NCBI GenBank assembly: GCA_950097015.1
Contig: CATNEN010000030.1
Span: 310,001-374,000, forward strand
DNA from: Macrostomum hystrix
Lineage: Eukaryota; Animalia; Platyhelminthes
Length of the DNA stretch: 64,000 nt
Direction of reading: 5' to 3'
In this document: in pieces, positions 13,425-25,300 of the stretch
Layout: every line of letters begins with the position of its first letter
Position numbering within the stretch: position 1 is the first letter of the stretch
Program-made: the position numbers and the translations under genes
The notes under the pieces: generated by a model
The model's database searches: none
The model's input: only the letters and a program-made list of their open reading frames with translations
Told to the model about the DNA's origin: nothing

Positions 13425-14405
13425 GAAATAGTATTGTACGAGTATCGTAGTATCGTAGTATCGTAGTATCGTAGTATCGAATAGTATCGTAGTATCGTAT
13501 AGTACGTATAGTATCGTAGTATCGTAGTATCGTAGTATCGTATAGTATGGTAGTATCGAATACTATTGTAGTATCGTAGTATCATATAGTATCGTAGTAT
13601 CGTAGTATCGTATAGTATCGTAGTATCGTAGTATCGAATACTATCGTAGTATCGTAGTATCGTATAGTACCGTAGTATCGTAGTATCGAATACTATCGTA
13701 GTATCGTATAATATCGTAGTATCGTAGTATCGTAGTATCGTAGTATCGTATAGTATCGTAGTATCGAATACTATTGTAGTATCGTAGTATCGTATAGTAT
13801 CGTAGTATCGTAGTATCGAATACTATCGTAGTATCGTATAGTATCGTAGTATCGTAGTATCGTAGTATCGAATACTATCGTAGTATCGTATAGTATCGTA
13901 GTATCGTAGTATCGTATAGTATCGTAGTATCGTATAGTATCGTAGTATCGTATAGTATCGTATAGTATCGTATAGTATCGTAGTATCGTAGTATCCTAGT
14001 ATCGTATAGTATCGTAGTATCGAAGTATCGTAGTATCGTATAGTATCGTATAGTATCGTAGTATCGTAGTATCGTAGTATCCTAGTATCGTATAGTATCG
14101 TAGTATCGAAGTATCGTAGTATCGTATTATCGTATAGTATCGTAGTATCCTAGTATCGTAGTATCGTAGTATCGAATACTATCGTAGTATCGTAGTATCG
14201 TATAGTATCGTAGTATCGTAGTATCGAATACTATCGTAGTATCGAATACTATCGTAGTATCGTATAGTATCGTAGTATCGTAGTATCGTAGTATCGTAGT
14301 ATCGAATACTATCGTAGTATCGTAGTATCGAATACTATCGTAGTATCGTAGTATCGAATACTATCGTAGTATCGTAGTATAGTAGTATCGTAGTATTGTA
14401 GTATC
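13425..14405. repeat. (TAGTATCG)n 8-bp satellite with interspersed inverted units
   Basis: Seen directly; recurrent TAGTAT-CGA-ATACTA and CGTATAGTAT variants. Confidence 0.97.
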
Positions 14406-14469
14406 GTGCAGCGCATTACTTAACCCTGCAGAGAGATACATGCATAGTTGAAACCCAGAAATGGGAAAC

Positions 14470-14712
14470 TGATAGAGGTTCATACAGAGCAATGTTAGTT
14501 GTCCTTGTCACCAAGGTCTTTGACAAGAATCGCTGAATATCTCGACGATACTGACGTCGAACGGCTTTGAAAGTTAGTTCATTGTTAAGGGGCGGAAAAT
14601 TATCATCCATACGATGGACTTTCACGAAAATCGGGCATTCGGTTTGGGAGCTATCGTGAAGTAGACAGTGGGTATTCGAACTATCCCCTGTGGTCTTTCC
14701 TTGAACGGTTAA
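14470..14712. mobile_element. MITE family B, right-half fragment
   Basis: ATAGAGGTTCATACAGAG ... TTTCACGAAAATCGGGCATTCGGTTTGGGAGCTATCGTGAAGTAG ... GTGGTCTTTC matches 48815-49042 and 60360-60714. Confidence 0.75.
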
Positions 14713-15284
14713 AGTTTTTTAAATAAGAATTGCGAGGTGCGATTAGAAACATTTTGTCCTCTTTGTACTATAGAAATCTGTTCTTCTCTCTATGAGCTCG
14801 TTTGTTTGACATCAAAGCAAAGCCTTATACTTGCAGATGAATGCAGAATATAGTGATCATCTGAGCTCTAATGGCAATTATTCAGTATTATTCGGCTAGC
14901 GTGATTTCTTTCAGGTTGACTCGCGTTGACCATTAGGGCACTTTGATAAACAAATATTCAGACGCTTGAATCGGAGCCATTTCTTATCGCTTAGAGGACC
15001 TTTATCAGGCTTTACAGTGTTCGATTCTTAGTAAATTAAACAAACAAGCTGAGAGGCTGTCAACCAAACTGGATGCTACCAACGGCTCGCACTTTTAGTA
15101 GAGTTATGCAGAAATGAATGCTAGATTAGTTTCGAGTGTGATACGCTACGACACGCAGATCTACATTAGGTCCACTTCAGATTGCCCAACACAAGGCTCG
15201 AGCATCAAGAGCGTCGCTTAGTCCCGATCAGTATTTAGCCGACTCCGTAATAAGTGCTGATTGTTAGCACCAGCCATGGAAGCA

Positions 15285-15565
15285 CCACCAGACGTCGCAG
15301 CAACCACCCGACGTCGCATCAGCCACCAGACGTCGCAGCAACCACCCGACGTCGCATCAGCCACCAGACGTCGCATCAGCCACCAGACGTCGCATCAGCC
15401 ACCAGACGTCGCAGCAACCACCCGACGTCGCATCAGCCACCAGACGTCACAGCAACCACCCGACGTCGCATCAGCCACCAGACGTCGCAGCAACCACCCG
15501 ACGTCGCAGCAGCCACCAGACGTTGCAGCAACCACCAGACGCCTCAGCATCCACAAGATGTCGCA
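15285..15565. repeat. ~19-bp-based tandem repeat (CCACCAGACGTCGCAGCAA / CCACCCGACGTCGCATCAG)
   Basis: Seen directly; explains the two repetitive ORFs at 15254 and 15261. Confidence 0.9.
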
Positions 15566-16379
15566 GCAATTCCAAGCAACAACAGAGCATTTTTAATTTT
15601 TTGCTTTATATTAGACTTCTTTGCTATTTCCTTTCGGTATGTTATAATTAAGAATTCGAATGCCCTTGTATTAGTTATCAACCTCTGACAGATACTGTGA
15701 AATGGCAAAAGCTTATGTACGAGTAGTTGAGCACACAGTCGAGAAAAGACAAACGACTCCACCAGAAGCAGTTAGTTTTGCAGATGAGGCACTCTGAATT
15801 TCTAATTAAATATTTATTAGATTTTGGTGCTAAGGGCTATAAAAAAGCGAAAAACGAGTGTGCATTTAGGATGAAGCTGTCAAATTTGATTTCGTTTTTA
15901 AACCTGACATTCCCCAATGACTGACGTGTTCGCAGTTGTACTAATATCAAATAAACGTGAGAAACGCAGAACTAAAGACTTGAATAATAATGATAATTGA
16001 GTAGATATACACTAAATTTTATATTTCAAGATTCATAACAATTTATTAGGCAAAGCTTCACAAGAGGTGCTCTACAAAAAAGTTAGTTTCTGCGCGCGAT
16101 TTTTCTGGAATTCAGCTTCTCTTAGTCAAAAAAATTAAGAACACATGAACAGGTTCACTACACCAATAAACAGCCGAAAATTCCCTTAGTTGAACATTTT
16201 TTCTCCAGACACAAATTTCTAGTGCACACCAAGTTTTGCACGCGAGTAGGCCATTTAAGCCAGCATAGAAGGGCGCTTGTGCGCTTAAAACACGGACCAC
16301 AGCTCAGTTTGAGCTGGTCGAGTAAGCATAGTTTTATCAATCCATTTAGAAGTTTAAGATGCCACAATTCAGAGAAATT

Positions 16380-19300
16380 CTAGTCAATCGGAACAATGCC
16401 CAGCCACGCACTAACTGGCTTGGCCTCGCGGCAAGCGTCCTTCATGGCCTCTCGCATCAGGTCGCCCTCTTCGTTCTTCCCAACGTAGCTCAGCACTAGG
16501 CGACCGATGGGTGTCTCGTCTTTCTGTCCTCCGGCACCGCCGCCGGACTTGCTCTCCTGACTGGAGGTGGAGCGCCGCCTGTTGCCGCTGTACACTGACA
16601 GGACCAGGCTGGTGTCACGGCGCTGATCTTTGGGCACCTTGAACTGAAAGGATTCGCTAAGCCGTACGGAGCGACTCTCACCGCACTGGTGGTGCGAGGA
16701 CTGCTTGCTATCCGCTTTGCTCTCGCCGTGGTAGCGCTTCAGTTTGATGAATATGTCTGCAAATGTTTAACGAGAATGCTAGGAATGCTTGGTTGAGCGG
16801 CGATGTGGCACTCTGGGTAAGCAGAAGATAGACATTTGAATGAGCAAGATGCTAGTCGTATCGTAACTAGACACCAGGCACTCGAAGGAACTACGAGCGT
16901 ATAGTACGCATATTTGTATCACTCGGGTCTGCTTAGCTCTCCTTGAGCTCAAAAAAGCTCTAGGCTATTGCTTCAAAGGAAATTATCACGAAACTCGGCC
17001 GGGTCAGCCTCAGATGTTTTGTACGGACTGCAGGGAACAGTCGGAGACCTCACCTGAGGCTCAGAAATCGGAAGCAAACTGCGCCACAGAGGCTTGCCTC
17101 GCTTCCGATCTTCTTCAGTTTTCGGTCTCTTTCTGTTTGCTCTTATTCTTCTTCACTAAATTAGTGCGCAAACATGCAACACGTAACTCGCTTGCTGGAC
17201 GCACTTTTCAAACGACACAGCTGGCCTAGATAGAGCTACATTTGATTTGCTTAGAAGATGTGACAGCATTTAGATTCGAGCTATGTTCTGCGATTCGTGA
17301 GCCAGAGTGTCACTGCAATCCGTGAGCCCCTCTCACCAGAGTGTCACTGCAATCCGTGAGCCCCTCTCATCAGAGTGTCACTGCGATCCGTGAGCCCCTC
17401 TCATCAGAGTGTCACTGCAATCCGTGAGCCCCTCTCATCAGAGTGTCACTGCAATCCGTGAGCCTCTCTCATCAGAGTGTCACTGCAATCCGTGAGCCTC
17501 TCTCACCAGAGTGTCACTGCAATCCGTGAGCCTCTCTCATCAGAGTGTCACTGCAATCCGTGAGCCTCTCTCATCAGAGTCTCACTGCGATCCGTGAGTC
17601 TCTATCATCAGAGTGTCACTGCGATCCGTGAGCCCCTCTCATCAGAGTCTCACTGCAATCCGTGAGCCTCTCTCATCAGAGTGTCACTGCGATCCGTGAG
17701 TTTCTATCATCAGAGTCTCACTGCAATCCGTGAGTCTCTATCATCAGAGTGTCACTGCGATCCGTGAGCCCCTCTCATCAGAGTGTCACTGCGATCCGTG
17801 AGTCTCTATCATCAGAGTGTCACTGCGATCCGTGAGTCTCTATCATCAGTCTGTTTTATTGCTTTGTCTGCTCGGTCTGGTAGGGCGATGCTCACATGCA
17901 TAGGCAGTAAGCTGCTTAGAGCTGCTCATATTCCGTTGTATCTGTTGTCCTATGTTTTTATGCTGCCATAAGTAAACATTCCCAAATAAACTCCCGAGGC
18001 ACCTATTGACTTAGATTACCCCCAGTCGACCTGATAATTCCCTGCTTAATGTCAAAGCAATGCAATCGTTGGGACGACACAATTTTGCATAGGAGGCAAA
18101 TTATTTTTATGCATCCTAGAAGTCCAAAGTCAACCGACTTGCTTCCTTGCTATCACCGAATGCGGGACATCAGCATGGCTGAGTGATAGCGATTCTCAGG
18201 TGCTCTGGTTTCGACTAGGCTCTTACACTGATGGATATACTAAGGATTGAGATCTAGCCACCAGGAAATCTACTATGGATTGAGATCTAGCCACCTAGAA
18301 ATCTACTGCAGATTGGGATCTAGCCACCTAGAATTCTACTGCAGATTGGGATCTAGCCACCAGGAAATCTACTGCAGATTGGGATCTAGCCACCTAGAAA
18401 TCTACTGCAGATTGGGATCTAGCCACCTAGAAATCTACTGCAGATTGGGATCTAGCCACCAGGAAATCTACTATGGAATGGGATCTAGCCACCAGGAAAT
18501 CTATTGCAGATTGGGATCTAGCCACCTAGAAATCTACTGCAGATTGGGATCTAGCCACCAGGAAATCTACTATGGAATGGGATCTAGCCACCAGGAAATC
18601 TACTATATTATTGGGATCTAGCCACCAGGAAATCTACTATATTGATTGGGATCTAGCCACCAGGAAATCTACTATATTGATTGGGATCTAGCCACCAGGA
18701 AATCTACTATATTGATTGGGATCTAGCCACCAGGAAATCTACTATATTGATTGGGATCTAGCCACCAGGAAATCTACTATATTGATTGGGATCTAGCCAC
18801 CAGGAAATCTACTATATTGATTGGGATCTAGCCACCAGGAAATCTACTATTGATTGGGATCTAGCCACCTGGAAATATACAATGGATTAGGATCTAGCCA
18901 CCTGCTAGATCCAAATGCTGGAAATCGTTGGAAATCGCTGGAAATCTACTATATGGATTGGCATCTAGCCATATGGAAATCTACTATATGGATTGGGATC
19001 TAACTATCTGATAACATAACAATAGATTGGGTTCTACTTAATACTGCGTAGTGGAAATTGTCCTTTGAGATTTTAGCAATCGTTCTCTAGGACTCTAGCC
19101 ACCAGGAGGTATCTTTTTAAAGGCTCGATTTCTGTATTACCGAAAATCAGTTGGCAGACTGCGTAATTAAAAATTAGTTTACTTACCTTTATTTTGACAA
19201 TCCTTGATTTGGTGCACCTCGTTTACTGTGACCACGAGACGCTCCAGCATTTCATAGTAGCTCAGAGTGATGTGCATCAGTCCAATGGTGAGTCCAGCCT

Positions 19301-22300
19301 CCACCGCCTTGCTGGAGGCGCTGAGATCTCGCCACATACTGATTGGCTGGCCGGAGTCCGCCTTGCCGTCGCCCAGCTCGCGCATTGTGTAGAAGGCGTG
19401 CCCGATCACCTTCTGGCGACCGTCGGGCCACGTGTCGATGGCCACAAAGTGAAGGCAGCACTTCTTTAAGTAGGAGCGGTCAACCTTGAGTTAAATATAT
19501 GTGAGAAAGGGGTAAGGGGGTGTTGCTAAACTATCATGGCTGTGAAATTAGCTGGGGTAAGGGAGGGTGTTGCTGAAGCGTCAATGGTGTGAAATTAGCT
19601 GGGGTAACGGAGGGTGTTGCTGAAGCGTCAATGGTGTGAAATTAGCTGGGGTAAGGGAGGGTGTTGCTGAAGTATCAAGGGTGTGAAATTAGCTGGGGTA
19701 AGGGAGTGTGCTGTTGAAGTATCAAGGGTGTGAAATTAGCTGGGGTAAGGGAGGGTGTTGCTGAAGTATCAAGGGTGTGAAATTAGCTGGGGTAAGGGAG
19801 GGTGTTGCTGAAGTATCAAGGGTGTGAAATTAGCTGGGGTAAGGGAGTGTGCTGTTGAAGTATCAAGGGTGTGAAATTAGCTGGGATAGGGGAGAGTGCA
19901 CTTTTAGCACTTCTGTGCTATAAAAGGTACAGAAGTCTGCAGGAGCGGTCCCAGTATTACATGTTTGTTTATCGATAAAAGTACGCATTCACGAGTATGC
20001 TTGCTTGAAGGCTGTTCTATTTCCCATGTTCAGAGATAACTTCTACTAACTAATGATTATATCTAAATTGGTTTAGATATCTATTTATCTAAGCGAACAA
20101 CCAGCCGCTAGTTCATTGAGCCAAGCAGAGCTCTTAATCCAGACCTCATCGCTGATATAAAAGTACAAAAACTAGCTAGACTCAAACAGACTGTTAGAGA
20201 CAGAAAAATGGTCGTTGAAAAAAGCTAATAATTAGCTAAAACCTTTTAATGTTGGTTGACTGTGCTTGATTTCATAGCCAATTCAAAATCAAATTGACAA
20301 GGAAGAGACAGCAGCAGAGAAGTAAGAGTGATTGATTAGAACAGACGAACTGTCAGGCGATGATTCCCCCGTTGGACATTTTTGTCCGCAGGGGAGCTGC
20401 TAAACAGCGCGTCGGCTCATTGATGCCGGCGTCCGCTTCACGCCGCAAAGAGCCATGGCAAAGCGCAAGCTTCTGCCTCACGCCGACCTGTGCCTTAGAG
20501 ATTTGAAAGACAGCGGCGGACTCCACGTCTTATCTGACGGCGAACCACGCACTCTCAATCTCACCCAACGCTAAAAAATCATCATCCCTTCGAGGGAAGA
20601 CGCTAACGAACACTGGAACCACCAGGAGGTCCACTGCTACGAGTATACGGACGGATCCCTTAAAGACGGCCTTGCCGGCTTTGGGGTCTGCATCCTGATC
20701 AACGGCCGCGTCATCGCCACGCACGCCCAGCATTCTGGGAGGCTTTCCACGGTCACAGAGCTGAATGCCAGGAACACGAGAGGAGAGACTATCGTCATCC
20801 ACTCTGACAGCCAAGCGGCCTTACAAGCCCTTTGCCGCACCACCACGTGCTCCCGGACAGTCGCTGACTGTGCCCGGCAACTCAACCTCCTGGCTCGTAG
20901 CAACACAGTCAGGCTGAGCTGGATCCCAGGGCATGCGGGCTTCCCAGAGAACGAGCTAGCGGACACCCTTGCCAATCGCCAAATTGATGACTGGGCTGAG
21001 TCCCTCCACAGGGACAGATGGGCGGGCACCCAGAAATGTCGACGATCCCGTGCAGTTCCGCGCCTCGCAGTTCTCGCAGGCTTAGGAACATCGTTTTGAG
21101 CCAAACCGTAATCCGCGCCCTCACCATACCCCCAAGTAATGCAGGTACCTATTTTTACAGCCGTGTGAACTTAATATTTAGGGAATTTATTATCTCACTC
21201 TGGGAGTTGGTTTTTGTAAGCAAAAATAGCAAAACAGTAAAGTGATTCGTCGGCTCAACTAAACCGGCCGTAAACCGGCTGCATTTTATGCACTTTTATC
21301 AAGAATTGTCTTCAGGTGTGGCTCGCAGGCTTCATAGCAACACAGGCAGGCTTCACGGGTTCATATTTTCAAGGATGCTTGGAAACCCAATTCGCAATCG
21401 TTGGTGAGCTTATCTTATTGCCACCCATCTCCGCCTGTTGCAATAAGCCTGCAATTTGAAACTAAGAGTCTTTCATGTGAAAATAATGAATTTCGTCCTT
21501 AACTGTTTGGAGCCACCATAGCAGGTTCGATACTATATCTTCGTACTGATCTATACTTCAGTCACTCTCACCTCAGTCACTCCCTTCTTTAGTCACTCCA
21601 TCCTTCAGTCACTCTCACCTCAGTCACTCTCACCTCAGTCACTCTCAACTCAGTCACTCTTAACTCAGTCACTCTCACGTCAGTCACTCTCAACTCAGTC
21701 ACTCTCACCTCAGTCACTCTCACCTCAGTCACTCCCTTCTTTAGTCACTCCATCCTTCAGTCACTCTCAGATCAGTCACCTTCACCTCAGTCACTCTCAC
21801 CTCAGTCACTCTCACCTCAGTCACTCTCACCTCAGTCACTCTCACCTCAGTCACTCTCACCTCAGTCACTCTCAACTCAGTCACTCTCACCTCAGTCACT
21901 CTCAACTCAGTCACCTTCACCTCAGTCACTCTCACCTCAGTCACTCTCACCTCAGTCACTCTCACCTCAGTCACTCTCAACTCAGTCACTCTTAACTCAG
22001 TCACTATCACCTCAGTCACTCTCAACTCAGTCACTCTCACGTCAGTCACTCTCAACTCAGTCACTCTCAACTCAGTCACTCTCAACTCAGTCACTCTCAC
22101 CTCAGTCACTCTCAACTCAGTCCCTTAGCTCAGTCTCTTACCTTCATGTGCTTCAATCAATCTAAAAGCGAACAGAAAATGGAATGGCAAGCTGAAGAAA
22201 ATCGTCAGTTAGTGCCTCAAGGTTTCTCAAAAAGGCGGGCTAATAGTTTTAGCCTCAAATAGGTAAGAAGCTTGGATACAGAAGCTCGCAGACTCGCGCA

Positions 22301-25300
22301 AACACATACACACACACACACACACACACCGTGCTCTCCCAATGTTTGCTCGTAAATGTTTTAGCAGCTAAAACAGGAGCAGAGAAAAAATCCTGGATTT
22401 GCTCTCCAGGCCGCCTCGTCTATCTGGGCGACACTAAAAAGGTGCGAAATTTCCGAGAATACCTTTTACTTGCTCACTTCTGGCTACTCATGTGCTGCCA
22501 GAAGTGACTGCTCAGAAAATCTGAAAATGAATTACTCGATTTTTATACCAGGGACCAACAGAGCCACATAGATGGCCTAGAAGGAATTCTCGCTGGACAA
22601 GCACACAAAGGTAGATTAAAGTCGGATTAAACAAGACAAAGGGCTTCAACGAAAAGGTACGGAGAGGCTGGGTTAGAGAATCTGGGATTGGGGAGAAAAT
22701 TTGGGTTTGGGGGAGAAAATTTGGGATTGGGGAGAAAATCAGGGATTGGGAATGGGCGAGAATCAGGGATTGGGAATGGCGAGAATCAGGGATTGGGAAT
22801 GGGCGAGAATCAGGGATTGGGAATGGGCGAGAATCAGAGATTGGGAATGGGGGGAATCAGGGATTGGGAATGGGGGGAATCAGGGATTGGGAATGGGCGA
22901 GAATCAGGGATTGGGAATGGGGAGAATCAGAGATTGGGAATGGGGGGAATCAGGGATTGGGAATGGGGAGAATCGGGGATTGGGAATGGGGAGAATCAGA
23001 GATTGGGAATGGGGGGAATCAGAGATTGGGAATGGGGAGAATCAGGGATTGGGAATGGGCGAGAATCAGAGATTGGGAATGGGGGGAATCAGGGATTGGG
23101 AATGGGCGAGAATCAGAGATTGGGAATGGGCGAGAATCAGAGATTGGGAATGGGGGGAATCAGGGATTGGGAATGGGCGAGAATCAGGGATTGGGAATGG
23201 GCGAGAATCAGGGATTGGGAATGGGCGAGAATCAGGGATTGGGAATGGGGAGAATCAGAGATTGGGAATGGGGGGAATCAGGGATTGGGAATGGGGAGAA
23301 TCGGGGATTGGGAATGGGGAGAATCAGAGATTGGGAATGGGCGAGAATCAGGGATTGGGAATGGGCGAGAATCAGGGATTGGGAATGGGCGAGAATCAGG
23401 GATTGGGAATGGGCGAGAATCAGGGATTGGGAATGGGCGAGAATCAGGGATTGGGAATGGGCGAGAATCAGGGATTGGGAATGGGGGGAATCAGGGATTG
23501 GGAATGGGGGGAATCAGGGATTGGGAATGGTCGAGAATCAGGGATTGGGAATGGGGGGAATCAGAGATTGGGAATGGGGGGAATCAGAGATTGGGAATGG
23601 GCGAGAATCAGGGATTGGGAATGGGCGAGAATCAGAGATTGGGAATGGGGGGAATCAGAGATTGGGAATGGGGAGAATCAGGGATTGGGAATGGGCGAGA
23701 ATCAGGGATGGGGAATGGGCGAGAATCAGGGATTGGGAATGGGCGAGAATCAGGGATGGGGAATGGGCGAGAATCAGGGATTGGGAATGGGCGAGAATCA
23801 GGGATTGGGAATGGGCGAGAATCAGGGATTGGGAATGGGCGAGAATCAGGGATTGGGAATGGGCGAGAATCAGGGATTGGGAATGGGCGAGAATCAGGGA
23901 TTGGGAATGGGCGAGAATCAGGGATTGGGAATGGGGGGAATCAGGGATTGGGAATGAGCGAGAATCAGGGATTGGGAATGGGGGGAATCAGAGATTGGGA
24001 ATGGGGGGAATCAGGGATTGGGAATGGGCGAGAATCAGGGATTGGGAATGGTCGAGAATCAGGGATTGGGAATGGTCGAGAATCAGGGATTGGGAATGGG
24101 GGGAATCAGAGATTGGGAATGGGGAGAATCAGGGATTGGGAATGTGGAGAATCTTGATTGGAATGGAGAGAATCAGAGATTGGGAATGGGGAGAATCAGG
24201 GATTGGAATGGGGAGAATCAGAGATTGGGAATGGGGAGAATCAGGGATTGGAATGGGGTGAATCGGGGATTGGGAATGGGGAGAATCGGGGATTGGGAAT
24301 GGGGAGAATCAGGGATTGGAATGGGGTGAATCGGGGATTGGGAATGGGGAGAATCAGAGATTGGGAATGGGGGGAATCAGAGATTGGGAATGGGGAGAAT
24401 CAGGGATTGGGAATGGGCGAGAATCAGAGATTGGGAATGGGGGGAATCAGGGATTGGGAATGGGCGAGAATCAGGGATTGGGAATGGGCGAGAATCAGGG
24501 ATTGGGAATGGGCGAGAATCAGGGATTGGGAATGGGCGAGAATCAGGGATTGGGAATGGGCGAGAATCAGGGATTGGGAATGGGCGAGAATCAGGGATTG
24601 GGAATGGGCGAGAATCAGGGATTGGGAATGGGCGAGAATCAGGGATTGGGAATGGGCGAGAATCAGGGATTGGGAATGGGGGGAATCAGGGATTGGGAAT
24701 GGGCGAGAATCAGGGATTGGGAATGGGGGGAATCAGGGATTGGGAATGGGGGGAATCAGGGATTGGGAATGGTCAAGAATCAGGGATTGGAATGGGGAGA
24801 ATCAGAGATTGGGAATGGGTAAAATCAGAGATTGGGAATGGGGGGAATCAGAGATTGGGAATGGTCGAGAATCAGGGATTGGGAATGGGGAGAATCAGAG
24901 ATTGGGAATGGGGGGAATCAGGGATTGGAATGGGAGATCAGAGATGAAGAGGGGATTATGAAAAAGTGATAAAATTGCTGAATAAAAACCATTCAACTGG
25001 GAGGGCTTTTGACTGAGAAAAGGGGAGAAAACCGATTGCTTTATATGAAATATTCGGTGTGAAAATGTCCTCAAACAGCTCAGAAAATGCCTCTCGGCGA
25101 AGGTACCGGCCTCCTTGGTTGCTGGCCCTTAGCAGCCGCATTCCTTTCGCATTCGATGAAGATAATTGGCATGTGCATTTATGCATGCGTGTCTGGATGG
25201 TGCGTGTGAGCATGAATATATATACGCGTATTATCCGTGTACTCAAAGGCCGGCTTGTGCTTGGCCAGTAGGTTCCGCGGGACTCAAGGAAGGTGGGAGA

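Noticed and set aside
22680-24935. Interstitial telomere (GGGAAT/GGGATT resemble TTAGGG)
   Set aside because: The true period is 24 bp and there are no TTAGGG runs.
22688-24961. Overlapping 100-489 aa GENQGLGM/ARIRDWEW ORFs
   Set aside because: All three frames are open simply because the G-rich unit lacks stops; intronic and antisense to the synaptotagmin gene.
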